Of a DNA stretch of 64,000 nt, positions 1 through 10,733 are shown piece after piece; within the stretch, counting starts at the first letter, position 1; each line of letters opens with the position of its first letter. This stretch comes from an uncultured Planctomycetaceae bacterium (GTDB lineage Bacteria > Planctomycetota > Planctomycetia > Planctomycetales > Planctomycetaceae). Location: assembly GCA_963813715.1 (NCBI GenBank), contig CAWFAK010000017.1, forward strand, positions 544,001-608,000, written 5' to 3'. The notes under the pieces were generated by a model, which worked only from the letters and a program-made list of their open reading frames with translations, was not told the origin of the DNA and did no database searches. Position numbers and translations under genes: made by a program.

Positions 1-1512
1 GACCAGCTGGCCCGCCTGGCCAAGATGATGGGGCTGATCCGCGAGCCGGGCTCCGAGCCGGCCGCGACCGACGGACAAGGTGCCGCGGGCATCCCGCTCG
101 GCAACGGTTTGGTCTTCCCCGCCAATTTCACGCTGAGCCCAGCCCTCGTGGCGGAACTGAAAAAGTTTCGCGGCGCGGCGCTGGCGATTACGGGATTGGA
201 CGAGCATCTGAAGAACATGCCGGAAGGCGTGCTGGTGGTTCATCCGGGCGACTGCGACCTGGTGCGCGGCTTACTGGAAACCGCCGTGCAGTTGGTTCAG
301 CCGGACAGACCGATCGGCGGCTTCAAGACGTATCGGTTCGAGAATGGTCCGCATCACTTCTGGATCACCGTCACTGCGCGGCTGTTGATCGCCGGAACGA
401 ATCGCGAAGCCGTGGCCGCGACCGTCGAGCGACTGGGCAATCCGAAGGCCGAAGGGCTGGCGACGCGACCGGCGTTCAAGGCGCACGAAGTCGAACGCCG
501 CAACGGGCTGCTGTTTGCCTACGTCGACGGGCGCGAGACGGCGCGTCGGCTGCGGTCCTTCATGAAGGGGAACGAGGCGGGCATGGTTGCGGGGCTCCTC
601 GATTTGGAGCACCTCGAATCGCTTACTTTGAGCGTGGGCGTGACGGACAGCAGCGTGCAGGTCGTTGCTCGGATGAACCTGCTGCCCGGGCACCACAACG
701 TGGCATACAACCTGATTCGCACGGCGCCCTTTGACGGTCGCTCGCTCAAAGCGGTGCCGCGCGGGACTGCGGGGGTTGTGCTCGTCGGGTTGAATCCGGC
801 GACGCCGCCACAGGCCGCCAAGTCGTCGTCGCCAGGACCCGTCGAAGTGACGGGCATGGACCTCGGGCGCGAGATCTTTGCCAACGTCGAGGAAGTCGCC
901 TTCTTCGTGCTGCCCACGATCGCCAAGAGTGAGAGCGGGCACGCGCACATTCCGGAGATGGCGGCCGTCTTCGCCGTGAAGGACGCGGCTAAGAGCGAGG
1001 CGATCTGGAATCAGATTCTCGGGATCGTGGCGATGGTAGGAGTACACCACTCGCCGCCCCGCGACGTGACGATCGAGGGAATTCGCGGGGAACAATATCA
1101 GTTCACGGGGATGCCGCCGATCGTCGTGGTGCGGGCCGCGGATCGAGCCTTGATCGTGGGTACGCACGAGGCGGCCAGCGCGGCCGTCCGGGCGAGCGGC
1201 GGCAAGGACTCTATCCTGGCGGACGAGGCCTACAGCAAGTTGCTGGCACGACTCACGAAGACCAGCAGCAAGGCCGTGCTCGTCGACGCCGGCCGCGTGA
1301 TGCAGATCGTCCGCAGTTTCTCCGGCGGAGAGAGCAAGCCCGAGATGGATCTGGTGACCGCGGCATTGAAGGACTTACGCGTCTCGATCGTAACGGACGA
1401 AGCGCCGAACTGCCTGACCGTGAGCGTCGAGGCCAGCGGATTGCCGAATGTGCCGACGCTGATCAGCAAGATCGGGAGTGGATCGGCGCCCCGTTCGCAC
1501 GCGAAGAAGTGA
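1..1512 (+). CDS. Hypothetical protein, DUF3352-like; 5' end lies outside the window
   Basis: Long ORF open from the window edge with GC3-rich codons; family call is a loose resemblance only. Confidence 0.55.
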   Translation, partial: DQLARLAKMMGLIREPGSEPAATDGQGAAGIPLGNGLVFPANFTLSPALVAELKKFRGAALAITGLDEHLKNMPEGVLVVHPGDCDLVRGLLETAVQLVQPDRPIGGFKTYRFENGPHHFWITVTARLLIAGTNREAVAATVERLGNPKAEGLATRPAFKAHEVERRNGLLFAYVDGRETARRLRSFMKGNEAGMVAGLLDLEHLESLTLSVGVTDSSVQVVARMNLLPGHHNVAYNLIRTAPFDGRSLKAVPRGTAGVVLVGLNPATPPQAAKSSSPGPVEVTGMDLGREIFANVEEVAFFVLPTIAKSESGHAHIPEMAAVFAVKDAAKSEAIWNQILGIVAMVGVHHSPPRDVTIEGIRGEQYQFTGMPPIVVVRAADRALIVGTHEAASAAVRASGGKDSILADEAYSKLLARLTKTSSKAVLVDAGRVMQIVRSFSGGESKPEMDLVTAALKDLRVSIVTDEAPNCLTVSVEASGLPNVPTLISKIGSGSAPRSHAKK

Positions 1513-1634
1513 GCGATCGCAAGCTTGCCGTCGGTTTGGGAACCGACAGCGGAGCTGTCGGCTTGGGAAAGGTGATGGCTGTGAATGATTCCATCATCGC
1601 TCGGTGCAGCCCAGCTCGCCCTGAGACGAAAGAC

Positions 1635-1995
1635 TAGCGAGCGGGGTGTGCCTCGGGGCCGGAGCCGCGGTTGCCTTCGTCATAGTAAACGCGGTTGCCG
1701 ACGCGCGAGATGGTGAGGTACTGCTGCCAGTGCGTGCCGTCGACGTCGTGCGCGGCCCGCATGGTCTGGGTTTCGGTTCGCTCGGCGCGTGGCCTTTCGT
1801 GAGCGCTTCGCCGAACACTCGGCCGTCGAGGTGGTCGGTCGGGAAGTCCAAGAGGTGCAGGATGGTGGGAGCGACGTCGGCGTTGCCGGTCGGCAGCTCA
1901 TCGACGAAGTGCGACTTGAAGTCGGGGCCGGCGGCGACGAGCGTGTTGTGCATGTCGTAGCGGCTGAGCGAGGAATGGTTCCCCTGCCCCGTTCG
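1635..1995 (-). pseudogene. C-terminal remnant of an alkaline phosphatase/nucleotide pyrophosphatase family protein
   Basis: GNHSSLSRYDMHNTLVAAGPDF...GNADVAPTILHLL...DGRV, continuing after a frameshift as WQQYLTISRVGNRVYYDEGN; there is no room for the N-terminal catalytic domain before the next gene. Confidence 0.65.
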
Positions 1996-2222
1996 TCGCT
2001 TCGACGAAGAGGCGCGGCGGCAGAAAACTTAGACAATTGCCGGCTCCAACTGCATCGGCAGAGACGGTTCGCCCGGGGGGCTCAAACACCGGACGGACGC
2101 CGGACCGGCAATGGCGCTTTGACAGTGTCGAGACGATATACTGGCCTCCGAGGTGCGCCGGCGCTGGCGGTACCGAGGCAAAGTTGGCTGGAATCTCCCG
2201 TATTTCCACGTGAGGAGTTGAG

Positions 2223-3371
2223 ATGCAGCAGATCCTTGGGCCGGAGCGAGAGAGCGAATTGTTGGCACGCGGTTTTTCGCGGCGAGACTTCTTTAAAGTC
2301 ACCTCGTTGATGGGGGCGGCCGCGAGCATGCCGTTCTTCGGCGAGGCGGCGCTGGCCCAGTTGTCGTCGTTCGGTAACGAAGTGCCGCCCGACGCGATCT
2401 TGATCAACGCCAACGAAAATCCGCTGGGACCCTGCCCGCAAGCGGTCGAAGCAGCGACCGGCTTCCTCAAGGAGGGGGGCCGCTACCATTTCGAGCTGAC
2501 CGCCCAGTGTCGCGAGCTCCTGGCGCAACAAGAGAACCTCGCGCCCGAGCAGGTGCAGATCTTCGCCGGGTCGAGTCCTCCGCTGACCCAGGCAGTGATC
2601 GCCCACACAGGCCCCCGAAAGAGTTTTGTCACCGGAAACCCGGGCTACGAGGCGGGCGAAGGGGCCGCACGGTTCATCGGCGCCAAGGTGCATCGGGTGC
2701 CGCTGACGAAAACCTACGCGCACGACGTGCGGGCGATGGCGTCGATCGATCCGAACGCCGGCCTGCTTTACATCTGTAATCCAAACAACCCGACCGGCAC
2801 GCTCACGCCCGACAAAGACCTCGATTGGCTGGTCGACCATATGCCGGCCGGCGCGATCCTGCTGTTGGACGAGGCGTACGTGCACATCGCCGGCTGCAAG
2901 ATGCGATCAGACCTGGTGGCGGCGGGCAAGCCGGTGATCATTCTCCGCACCTTCTCCAAGATCTATGGCCTGGCCGGGCTGCGAGCCGGGGCGGCCTTCG
3001 GGCAGCAGGACGTGCTCGATCGCCTGAGCCGCTATAGCCAGGGGATCATGGCGACGACGGGCGTTTCGGCGGCGATGGCCAGCCTGCAGCAGCCGGAACT
3101 GGTGCCGACGCGGCGGAAAATCATCGCCGACACGCGTGCCGAGGTGTTCAAGTTCCTCGACAAGCACGGTTTTTCGTACGTGCCGTCGGTGTCGAATCAC
3201 TTCATGGTCGACGTGAAGCAGCCGGGCGAACGTGTGGCCGCCGCCATGCGGAAAGAAAAGATCTTCATCGGCCGCACCTGGCCGAGCTGGCCCACTCACT
3301 GCCGCATTTCCATCGGCACGCCGGAACAAATGGAGAAATTCCAAGCGGCGTTCCTGAAGGTGATGACCTAG
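2223..3371 (+). CDS. PLP-dependent aminotransferase class I/II (HisC-like) with Tat signal peptide
   Basis: NANENPLG, CNPNNPTG, LDEAY and RTFSKIYGLAGLRAG motifs; N-terminal SRRDFFK. Confidence 0.9.
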   Translation: MQQILGPERESELLARGFSRRDFFKVTSLMGAAASMPFFGEAALAQLSSFGNEVPPDAILINANENPLGPCPQAVEAATGFLKEGGRYHFELTAQCRELLAQQENLAPEQVQIFAGSSPPLTQAVIAHTGPRKSFVTGNPGYEAGEGAARFIGAKVHRVPLTKTYAHDVRAMASIDPNAGLLYICNPNNPTGTLTPDKDLDWLVDHMPAGAILLLDEAYVHIAGCKMRSDLVAAGKPVIILRTFSKIYGLAGLRAGAAFGQQDVLDRLSRYSQGIMATTGVSAAMASLQQPELVPTRRKIIADTRAEVFKFLDKHGFSYVPSVSNHFMVDVKQPGERVAAAMRKEKIFIGRTWPSWPTHCRISIGTPEQMEKFQAAFLKVMT

Positions 3372-3408
3372 TTTTGGTCCTCCCGTGCGCGTACGGGCGG
3401 CTCGTTTT

Positions 3409-4245
3409 TCAGCTCGCAGTGATCGCTGATCCGCGCTGGCGCCGCGCCGGTTCGACGGTGCTGGCTGCGAAGTAGCGGTGCGGCGTGACGCCCAGCGTCC
3501 GTTTGAACATCACGATGAAGGCGCTGGCGCTTTCGTAGCCGACGTCGAGGGCGACAGTCGTGACAGGGCGGCCGGCCGCCAAGAGTCGCAGAGCTTGCAG
3601 CAGTCGCAGTTGTTGCCGCCAACGGCCGAACGTCAGCCCCGTCTCCTTTTGAAACAGACGTTCGAGCGTGCGGACGCTGAGGGCCGCCCGGCGGGCTACC
3701 AGGTGCGTTGAGTCGGGATCGTCCAGATGTTGGCGGATCCAGGCGGCGGCGCGCTGGGCCCGTTCGTCCGCCGGCCACGGAAGTTGTAAAGGAATCGTCG
3801 GCAGCACGCGGAGCTGATCGAGCAGCACGCCGACCAGCCGCGCACGCACCGGATCCTTGGTGCTTAAGTAACCGAGCGTGACCGTGTGGCGGATCAGCTC
3901 CCGCAGGAACGGCGAAACATTCACCGCGCAGCACCGCTTGGGCAGCTTGTCAGAAACATGCGTGGACAGATAAAGGGTCTGCACGAGCACCGTCCCGGTC
4001 ATTTCAATTCCGTGCTCGATGCCGGCCGGCACCCAGACCGCCCGGCTGGGAGGCACCACCCAGTCTCCCTCGGCGGTCTTCACCCACATCACCCCTTCCG
4101 TCGCATAAATCAGCTGATGCCAGTCATGCGCGTGCGGCGGGATCGCATAGTTCTCGGTATGTCGCACGACATAACTGCGAACCAGGATCCCGTCGGCCGG
4201 ACCGCGGCTTGGTTGTCGTTTCGATGTGTGACGCTTTTTCGACAT
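3409..4245 (-). CDS. AraC-family transcriptional regulator (cupin + HTH)
   Basis: HAHDWHQLIYA cupin; SVRTLERLF...GYESASAFIVMFKRTLGVTP HTH. Confidence 0.9.
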   Translation of the reverse strand: MSKKRHTSKRQPSRGPADGILVRSYVVRHTENYAIPPHAHDWHQLIYATEGVMWVKTAEGDWVVPPSRAVWVPAGIEHGIEMTGTVLVQTLYLSTHVSDKLPKRCCAVNVSPFLRELIRHTVTLGYLSTKDPVRARLVGVLLDQLRVLPTIPLQLPWPADERAQRAAAWIRQHLDDPDSTHLVARRAALSVRTLERLFQKETGLTFGRWRQQLRLLQALRLLAAGRPVTTVALDVGYESASAFIVMFKRTLGVTPHRYFAASTVEPARRQRGSAITAS

Positions 4246-4349
4246 TTGTTGACATTTTAGCGAGAGATACGCCTGCCGCACAAACACTAAGATTGGCCCG
4301 CGTCGAAGCAAAATCAGCGTCTTTTCATCATTCTCGGAGATCAGAACCC

Positions 4350-4727
4350 ATGTCCCATAACCTCGCGTTCTTTGCCATTCATGCTGAGGACTTGCCCAAG
4401 GAGCAGCGGTTCTACGAAAGGGTCTTTGGCTGGAAGTTCACTCCCTGGGGCCCGCCGGGATTTCTCTTGATCGAGACCGGCGACAAGCGGGATCCGGGAG
4501 TGCCAGGTGCGTTGCAGAAGCGCCACGAACTGATGCCGGGGCAGCGGTTGACGGGCTATGAGTGCACGATCGACACGAATGATATCGACGCGACTGCTGC
4601 GGCCGTCGAGAAGCACGGCGGGACGATCATCATGCCCAAGTGCGAAATCCCGACGGTCGGTCATCTGATCAAGATTCGCGACACGGACGGCAACGTCGTC
4701 TGCGTGAAGCAGCCCGCGACGACGTAA
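4350..4727 (+). CDS. VOC/glyoxalase family protein
   Basis: FYERVFGWKF and RDTDGN motifs; divergent from the AraC regulator. Confidence 0.85.
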   Translation: MSHNLAFFAIHAEDLPKEQRFYERVFGWKFTPWGPPGFLLIETGDKRDPGVPGALQKRHELMPGQRLTGYECTIDTNDIDATAAAVEKHGGTIIMPKCEIPTVGHLIKIRDTDGNVVCVKQPATT

Positions 4728-4765
4728 CGCTCACGGGTGGGACACTCGCTCAGTCGGTACCGGAC

Positions 4766-6031
4766 TCAGCCTTGTGATTTGCCGATGTTCGCACCGAGGC
4801 GGTCGGGCACGGGGGAGGCCTGGGTTGGCGCGGCGGCGGCAGGAGCATTTGGAGCAGGCGCCGGCTGCGGTTCGTACCCGTATAGCCGGATCACCGATCC
4901 CCACCGCCGCGTGATTTCGGCCCGCTGCTCATCGCCGAGCTGGTAGCGATTGGTTTTATAGCCGGCGTTGTTCGCAACGTGCGCCTGCAGTTTCGGCAGG
5001 ACTTGCTCGAAACCCCCCAGGCCGAGGTGGTCGTAGAGCGTCGCCATCTGGCCGACGGGGTCGCCGACCAGGTCTTCGTACCGGAGTTCGTAGAAGCGGT
5101 CGAAGTCAATCAGCCCTTTCCCCTCTTCGATCTTGTCGTAGACGCGATTGAACGTTTTGTAGACGTGTTCCTCGAGCCCCTGGAAGGTCGGCCGCTGCAG
5201 GCCGAACGTAATATAGAGCGATTTCCAAAGGTTGACCGTCGACGGGAAGACGACGTACGGATCGCGGACGATGTGCACAAAGCGGGCGTCTGGGAAAAGC
5301 TCCAAGAGCGTTTTGACGCGGCAGCTGTGCGTGGGCGATTTGAGCACGAGCCGCTTGTGATGCTTGTACGTCAATTCCTGGAGAAACCGCCGAAACACCC
5401 GCTTCCACCGGGCCAGCGCCCGCGGCGGGATGCCTTCGAGGTCGAGATATTCCTCGTACTGCGGCGGATTGTTGGGAAAGGCGACGGTGAGATAGGGAGA
5501 CGGCAGGCCCAGGTTGCACAGGGCGAACTCGTCTTCTTGCGGACGGTCGAAGCCGGCCGCCATGTTGTCCATCGGCCGCACTGACAGGGAGAAGAACGGC
5601 ATCCAGCGGCTCACGAGCCCTTCGGTCAGCAGGAAGTGATTGGGCTCCATGCACTCGTACGTGCTGGGGCCGACGTGCCGCTCGTCGAGCGCGAGGAACT
5701 CGTGCAGCAAGGTCGTGCCAGTCCGCCAGTGGCCCAGGATGAAGATCGGCGGTTGGTCGATCGGCGTGTTAGCGATCCGGCGTCCGTAGACCAAGTTCTG
5801 CAGGCCGCGGAGCAGCGTGTGCCCCAGGCTGACGATGGTCACGTAGGTGACCACGTGCAGGACCGTCCAGTGGATGCGAAAACCGTTGCGGGCCAACAGC
5901 CGGATCCAGGCGGGAAAGCCGGAGCCAGCCCAGATCATCAGTTGCCACCAGGGAGGCGGATTCGTCGCTTTGGGGCGGGAGTCAGGCGCGGGACTGGTCG
6001 GGGGAGCCGAATCAGTGGCGGCTGCGATCAT
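4766..6031 (-). CDS. PAPS-dependent sulfotransferase (mycobacterial Stf3-like)
   Basis: PIFILGHWRTGTTLLH PAPS loop; VLKSPTH, HIVRDP and LRYEDL motifs. Confidence 0.88.
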   Translation of the reverse strand: MIAAATDSAPPTSPAPDSRPKATNPPPWWQLMIWAGSGFPAWIRLLARNGFRIHWTVLHVVTYVTIVSLGHTLLRGLQNLVYGRRIANTPIDQPPIFILGHWRTGTTLLHEFLALDERHVGPSTYECMEPNHFLLTEGLVSRWMPFFSLSVRPMDNMAAGFDRPQEDEFALCNLGLPSPYLTVAFPNNPPQYEEYLDLEGIPPRALARWKRVFRRFLQELTYKHHKRLVLKSPTHSCRVKTLLELFPDARFVHIVRDPYVVFPSTVNLWKSLYITFGLQRPTFQGLEEHVYKTFNRVYDKIEEGKGLIDFDRFYELRYEDLVGDPVGQMATLYDHLGLGGFEQVLPKLQAHVANNAGYKTNRYQLGDEQRAEITRRWGSVIRLYGYEPQPAPAPNAPAAAAPTQASPVPDRLGANIGKSQG

Positions 6032-6262
6032 GGTGGACTTTCGCAGGAGTTGCGTCCGGGGCGTCGCATTCGGCGAAGAATGCGCCTCGACTCCGGGCGA
6101 GCCGGACAGTCCATCGATCGTAACAGGGTCGCAGAGTGGTTTGATCGTCGCCCGGCTGGCGAACGCCGGCGTCCGGACGAATCATCCTGACACCGCACGA
6201 ATTGGATCGGTTGGGCAGGCAAAAGCGAAATGTTGCCATCGCGAAACGCGGCTGTACGCGAC

Positions 6263-7513
6263 TCACGTGGCCGGGGTCTCGGCCTTCATTTCGTCCAGCA
6301 GGCGGAACGTTTCGTCGAAGAACCGATCTTTGAAGAGGTCGCCGATCAGCAGATCCGTCAGATTCCCCTTCTCGGCCGGATTGCGTTTGACGAACCGGCC
6401 GAAGCTGAAGCCCTCGTAGTATTCGACGACGAGCTTCCGCATGCGGTCCATTCCGCTCTTGAAATCGGTCGCCCACTTGCCGAGTTGGGCGCCCGAGGTG
6501 TCGTTCCGGTCGAGCCCCTCGCAGATGGCGTCGGCCGCCAGCTCTCCCGATTTGAGGGCCAGTAGCACGCCGGACGAATACAGCGGATCGAGGAAGCCGA
6601 AAGCATCTCCCACGCAGACCCAGCCGTCGCCGGCCGCTTCGCGGGCACGGTACGAGTATTCCTTGGCGACGCGAAAAATGTCGCAGCGCGTGCCCATGGA
6701 AATCCGCCGTTTGATTTCCGGACAGAGCTCGACCTGCTCGAAATAAATCGCTTCGTGCTCGGCGTCACGGTTTTTGAAAAGCTCTTCAAACGGGGCGACG
6801 ATGCCGACGCTCACCACATCGTTGTGCAGGGGGATATACCAGAACCATCCCTTTTTGCCCTTCGTCTGCAGGACGATGGTCGCTCCTTCGTCGCGTCCGA
6901 TATCACGGTAGGCCCCTTTCCAATACGTCCAGACGGCCCCCTTCCTCAGGCTCGTGTCCCACTCGCGCAGACCCAGCCGGCCGGCGATCATCGTTGATTG
7001 GCCACTGGCATCGACGACAACGCGAGCGCGGATCTCGCTGACGGTGCCGTCTTCCGTGGAGAATTTTACGCCGACGGCCTTCTGCCCCTCGAAGAGCACT
7101 TCCAGCACGCGGACGCCTTCATGCACTTCGACGCCATGCTCGCGGGCGTTGTCGAGCATCATTTTGTCGAACTCGCTCCGCAGCACCTGCCAGGTCTGCG
7201 AGCATTCGTGCGGCTTATGATCGAGGAAATAGAACGGCTCCGACAGCCGGCCGCTCTGCCCCACGAACTGCACGCTGTGCTTCTTGACGAAGTGGCTCTG
7301 CTTCATCTTGTCGAGCATGTTGAGCCGCTTGAGGACCCAATACGTTTCGGGAATCAGCGACTCGCCGATATGAAATCGGGGAAAATGGTCGCGCTCGAGC
7401 AGGACGACGCGATGCCCTTGCTGGGCGACCAGAGTCGAAACGGTCGAGCCGGCGGGCCCGCCGCCAATCACAACCACGGGAACTTCTTGGGGGAATTGCT
7501 CGGAGTTCGGCAT
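6263..7513 (-). CDS. FAD-dependent oxidoreductase, flavin-dependent halogenase-like
   Basis: GGGPAG, FPRFHIGESL, WFWYIP (WxWxIP), GDAFGFLDPLYSSGV. Confidence 0.8.
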   Translation of the reverse strand: MPNSEQFPQEVPVVVIGGGPAGSTVSTLVAQQGHRVVLLERDHFPRFHIGESLIPETYWVLKRLNMLDKMKQSHFVKKHSVQFVGQSGRLSEPFYFLDHKPHECSQTWQVLRSEFDKMMLDNAREHGVEVHEGVRVLEVLFEGQKAVGVKFSTEDGTVSEIRARVVVDASGQSTMIAGRLGLREWDTSLRKGAVWTYWKGAYRDIGRDEGATIVLQTKGKKGWFWYIPLHNDVVSVGIVAPFEELFKNRDAEHEAIYFEQVELCPEIKRRISMGTRCDIFRVAKEYSYRAREAAGDGWVCVGDAFGFLDPLYSSGVLLALKSGELAADAICEGLDRNDTSGAQLGKWATDFKSGMDRMRKLVVEYYEGFSFGRFVKRNPAEKGNLTDLLIGDLFKDRFFDETFRLLDEMKAETPAT

Positions 7514-7781
7514 GTGAAATCCTTGAAGAGTCGCATTTGTTGATAGTTCTTCCCGCGGCGATTGTCCAGACTTGCCGGCTCGCGTCAAAAACTACAGTGG
7601 TGGTCACTTGGTCACACAGCCAATCGACTCGGGAGAGGGAGTTCTCTCGCGAGTCGAGCCACTCAGTCCTGATGCCTCCTGAGCAAACGGCCGAGGCTCG
7701 ACGCTCGTGGAAACTGGCAAAAAACTGCTGTAGCATGGACGTCCTTGGGGCAGCGAGCATCTGGAGCTAAGGGAGCCCGGC

Positions 7782-9510
7782 ATGCGGAAGTTTTTTCGTG
7801 CCTTCGTCTCACATGTCGCGTTGGTCGTTGCGGTCGTGCTGTTCGAGAGCGCCTCGAGCGGCCGACTGAGAGCGCAGGGAACCGGCGAGTACGATCGCCC
7901 CACGAAGAATCCGCATCAGAGCCGCTCGGCTACGGTCGCCCGACATGGCATCGTGTGCTGCGCAACCGCTGGCAGCCGAGGTTGGCCTCGACGTCCTCAA
8001 GGAAGGCGGAACCGCGGCCGATGCGGCCATCGCCACCAATGCGATGCTCGGCCTCGTGGAACCGGGCTCGTGCGGCTTGGGAGGCGACCTCTTCTGCATT
8101 TACTGGGACGCCAAGACCAAAAAACTTTACGGACTTAACGCCAGCGGCCGCAGTCCTTACGCCATGACTCGCGGGGCCCTGCGCCAGCGCGGAGTCCGTG
8201 GACTCAGCGGCGTTTACTCGTGGACCGTTCCCGGCTGCGTCGATGGTTGGGATCAGCTGCGGCAGCGATTCGGGACGATGACTTTGGCGCAGCTTTTGGC
8301 GCCGGCCATCAAATACGCGGAAGAAGGATTCCCGGTCAGCGAGATCATCGACCGCGGCTGGCCACGTCCCGGCCGCGACCCGAGCATGACCGCCACCTAT
8401 TGTCCCAAGGGGCAGCCACCCGAAATCGGCGAGGTGTTCCAGAATCCCGAGTTGGCCACGAACTATCGGCTGATCGCCCAACGGGGTCGCGACGCGTTTT
8501 ATCGCGGTCCGATCGCGGAACAAATCGTCGCCGCCAGCCGGGAGCGCAACGGGTTTTTCGACTTGAAGGATTTCGCCGACCATACGTCCGAGTGGGTCGA
8601 GCCGGTCTCGACCAACTACCGCGGCTACGACGTGTGGGAGCTTCCGCCCAACGGCCAGGGGATCGCCGTCTTGGAGATGCTCAATCTGCTCGAGGGCTAT
8701 GATCTGCGCTCGATGGGTCGTCACAGTCCCGACTATCTGCATCTGTTCATCGAAGCCAAGAAGCTGGCCTACGCGGATCGGGCGAAGTATTTCGCCGACC
8801 CCGCGTTTCACAAGCTGCCCGTCGCCGAGCTGATCTCCAAGGCCTACGCGGAAAAGCGCCGCAAGCTGATCGACCCGCAGCACGCGGCCACATCCGTCGC
8901 CGCGGGCGATCCTCTACTCGCTGCCGGCCACGACACGACGCTGCTTTGCGTCGTGGACAAGGACCGGAATTGCTGCTCGCTGATTCAGAGCAATTCGGCC
9001 CACTTCGGCTCGCGGATCGTGCCCGGTCACGTCGGTTTCGTGATGCAGAATCGCGGCTCCGGCTTTTCGCTCGACGGAGAGAGCTGGAACGCGCTCGAGC
9101 CCCACAAGCGTCCCTTTCACACGATCATTCCCGCCTTCGTCACGAAAGACGGCAAGCCGTGGCTTTGCTTCGGCGTGATGGGGGGCGACCTGCAGCCGCA
9201 AGGGCAGGTGCAGGTTCTCGTCAACCTCATCGATTTTGGTCTGGATGTGCAGGCCGCAGGAGATGCGGGACGCACCAGCCACTCGGGCTCGCAGTCCCCC
9301 AGCGGAGGCAAGATGGATCTGGCCGGGGGCAAGGTCACTGTCGAAAGCGGCATTCCGCAGGCCACCTTCGACGAACTGGTCAAGCGAGGCCACCACGTCG
9401 TCCGCGGCGGCAGCGGCGCCGGCTACGAAGGCATCCTGATCGACCAGCAGCACGGCACGCTGCACGGCGGGACCGAAGCCCGCAAAGACGGAGCGGCCGT
9501 CGCATATTGA
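7782..9510 (+). CDS. ggt: Gamma-glutamyltransferase with signal peptide (frameshift near 7955)
   Basis: GGTAADAAIA, GLGGDLF, DTT nucleophile, KRPFHTIIP, GVMGGDLQPQG; N-terminus lies in the 7782 frame. Confidence 0.9.
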
Positions 9511-9545
9511 CCGCCGGGTATTGAGGCGGTTTGATCGGGGCCTTG

Positions 9546-9722
9546 CTACTTCTTCCGCGGGACTTTCGCTCCCTTCTTGCGCGCTTTCGACAGGCCGATG
9601 GCTATCGCCTGTTTGCGGCTCTCTACGCGCTTGTGCGATTTCCCGCTCGTGAGCGTTCCCTTTTTCTTCCGATGAAGAGCATTTTTGACTTCGGATTTTG
9701 CCTTGGACCCGTACTTAGCCAT
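9546..9722 (-). CDS. Small basic protein, DUF6496-like (58 aa; absent from ORF track)
   Basis: MAKYGSKAKSEVKNALHRKKKGTLTSGKSHKRVESRKQAIAIGLSKARKKGAKVPRKK. Confidence 0.85.
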   Translation of the reverse strand: MAKYGSKAKSEVKNALHRKKKGTLTSGKSHKRVESRKQAIAIGLSKARKKGAKVPRKK

Positions 9723-9839
9723 GGGAAACTACCTCATTGGATCGGTTTGTACGCGCGTTCAGCGCCAGCCGCGTTTCCGGACTGCAATTCCCCGGAAACG
9801 CGACCGGCGACGCGTATCTGTTTTCTCCACGCCTGGTTT

Positions 9840-10352
9840 TCAGGCCTGAGGCGCCCTGACGTTGACGACGCTCTCGGCGATTTCGGTGAGGATCTTGTCC
9901 GCGTTCCCCTCTTCGTCGAGCGTTTCTTGCAGCTCGTTGGCGATGGCTTCGCGGCCGAGCTGGCGGGCGAAGGTCCGGGCCGTCCCGTAAGCGGCCATTT
10001 CATAGTGCTCGACCCGCTGGGCGGCCGCGATGAGCGCGGCGTCCTTAACGTTCGGATCGCCCTTCGCCCCGATCATCTGCTCGCCTTCGGCGATCAGGCC
10101 CTTCATCGCAGCGCACGTTTCGCGCTCGGGGCTGCGTCCCAGCTTCTGGAAGATGCGCTCCAACCGAACAACATGCCCTTCGGTCTCCCGCAGGTGCGTC
10201 TGAAACGCACTCCGCAAATCGGGTGAATGAGCCGCATCCGCCATCTTGGGAAGCGCCTCGGTCAGGCGTTTCTCGGCATCGTAAAGGTCTTCAATTTGCT
10301 CGATGAACAGGTCCTCGAGCGAGTTGAATTCGAGACTGGTAAACAGATTCAT
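9840..10352 (-). CDS. yciF: Ferritin-like DUF892/YciF stress protein
   Basis: DLYDAEKRL, HLRETEGHVVRLE, AAQRVEHYEMAAYGT. Confidence 0.9.
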   Translation of the reverse strand: MNLFTSLEFNSLEDLFIEQIEDLYDAEKRLTEALPKMADAAHSPDLRSAFQTHLRETEGHVVRLERIFQKLGRSPERETCAAMKGLIAEGEQMIGAKGDPNVKDAALIAAAQRVEHYEMAAYGTARTFARQLGREAIANELQETLDEEGNADKILTEIAESVVNVRAPQA

Positions 10353-10456
10353 GGAAAGCTCTCCGTTCTTTCTCGAAAACGGTAATTTTGCGAAACGACG
10401 GCCGGCCGCCGGCGAACGCGTTATTGCGAGACTGTAAAACGCTTCTTAGTGACGGT

Positions 10457-10473
10457 TGCAAAACACGTTCCGG
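10457..10473 (-). promoter_or_regulatory. Putative sigma54 promoter for yciF-DUF6496
   Basis: CCGGAACGTGTTTTGCA: GG-N10-GC with TTGCA. Confidence 0.6.
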
Positions 10474-10733
10474 CCGCATCGATTCGCCCGCCGCGACGCT
10501 TGCCCGTCACCTCCCCGGGTGGGGTTGGCGACGGTCAATCGTCTTCCAGATGGGATTCGATCGCGGACGTGCGCGGTCCGCCTGAAACCCCTTCGGAGTC
10601 CAGTCCGCGATGCGTGCCGGGGCACCGGTCAAAGCGTTCTCGACAGGCTGCATTGGGGGGTTTACGATTAAGCCGAGTGCCGCAAGAAATTGCGGGCACA
10701 GGCTTTTGGCCGGAGTAGCGGGACAATCTGCTT

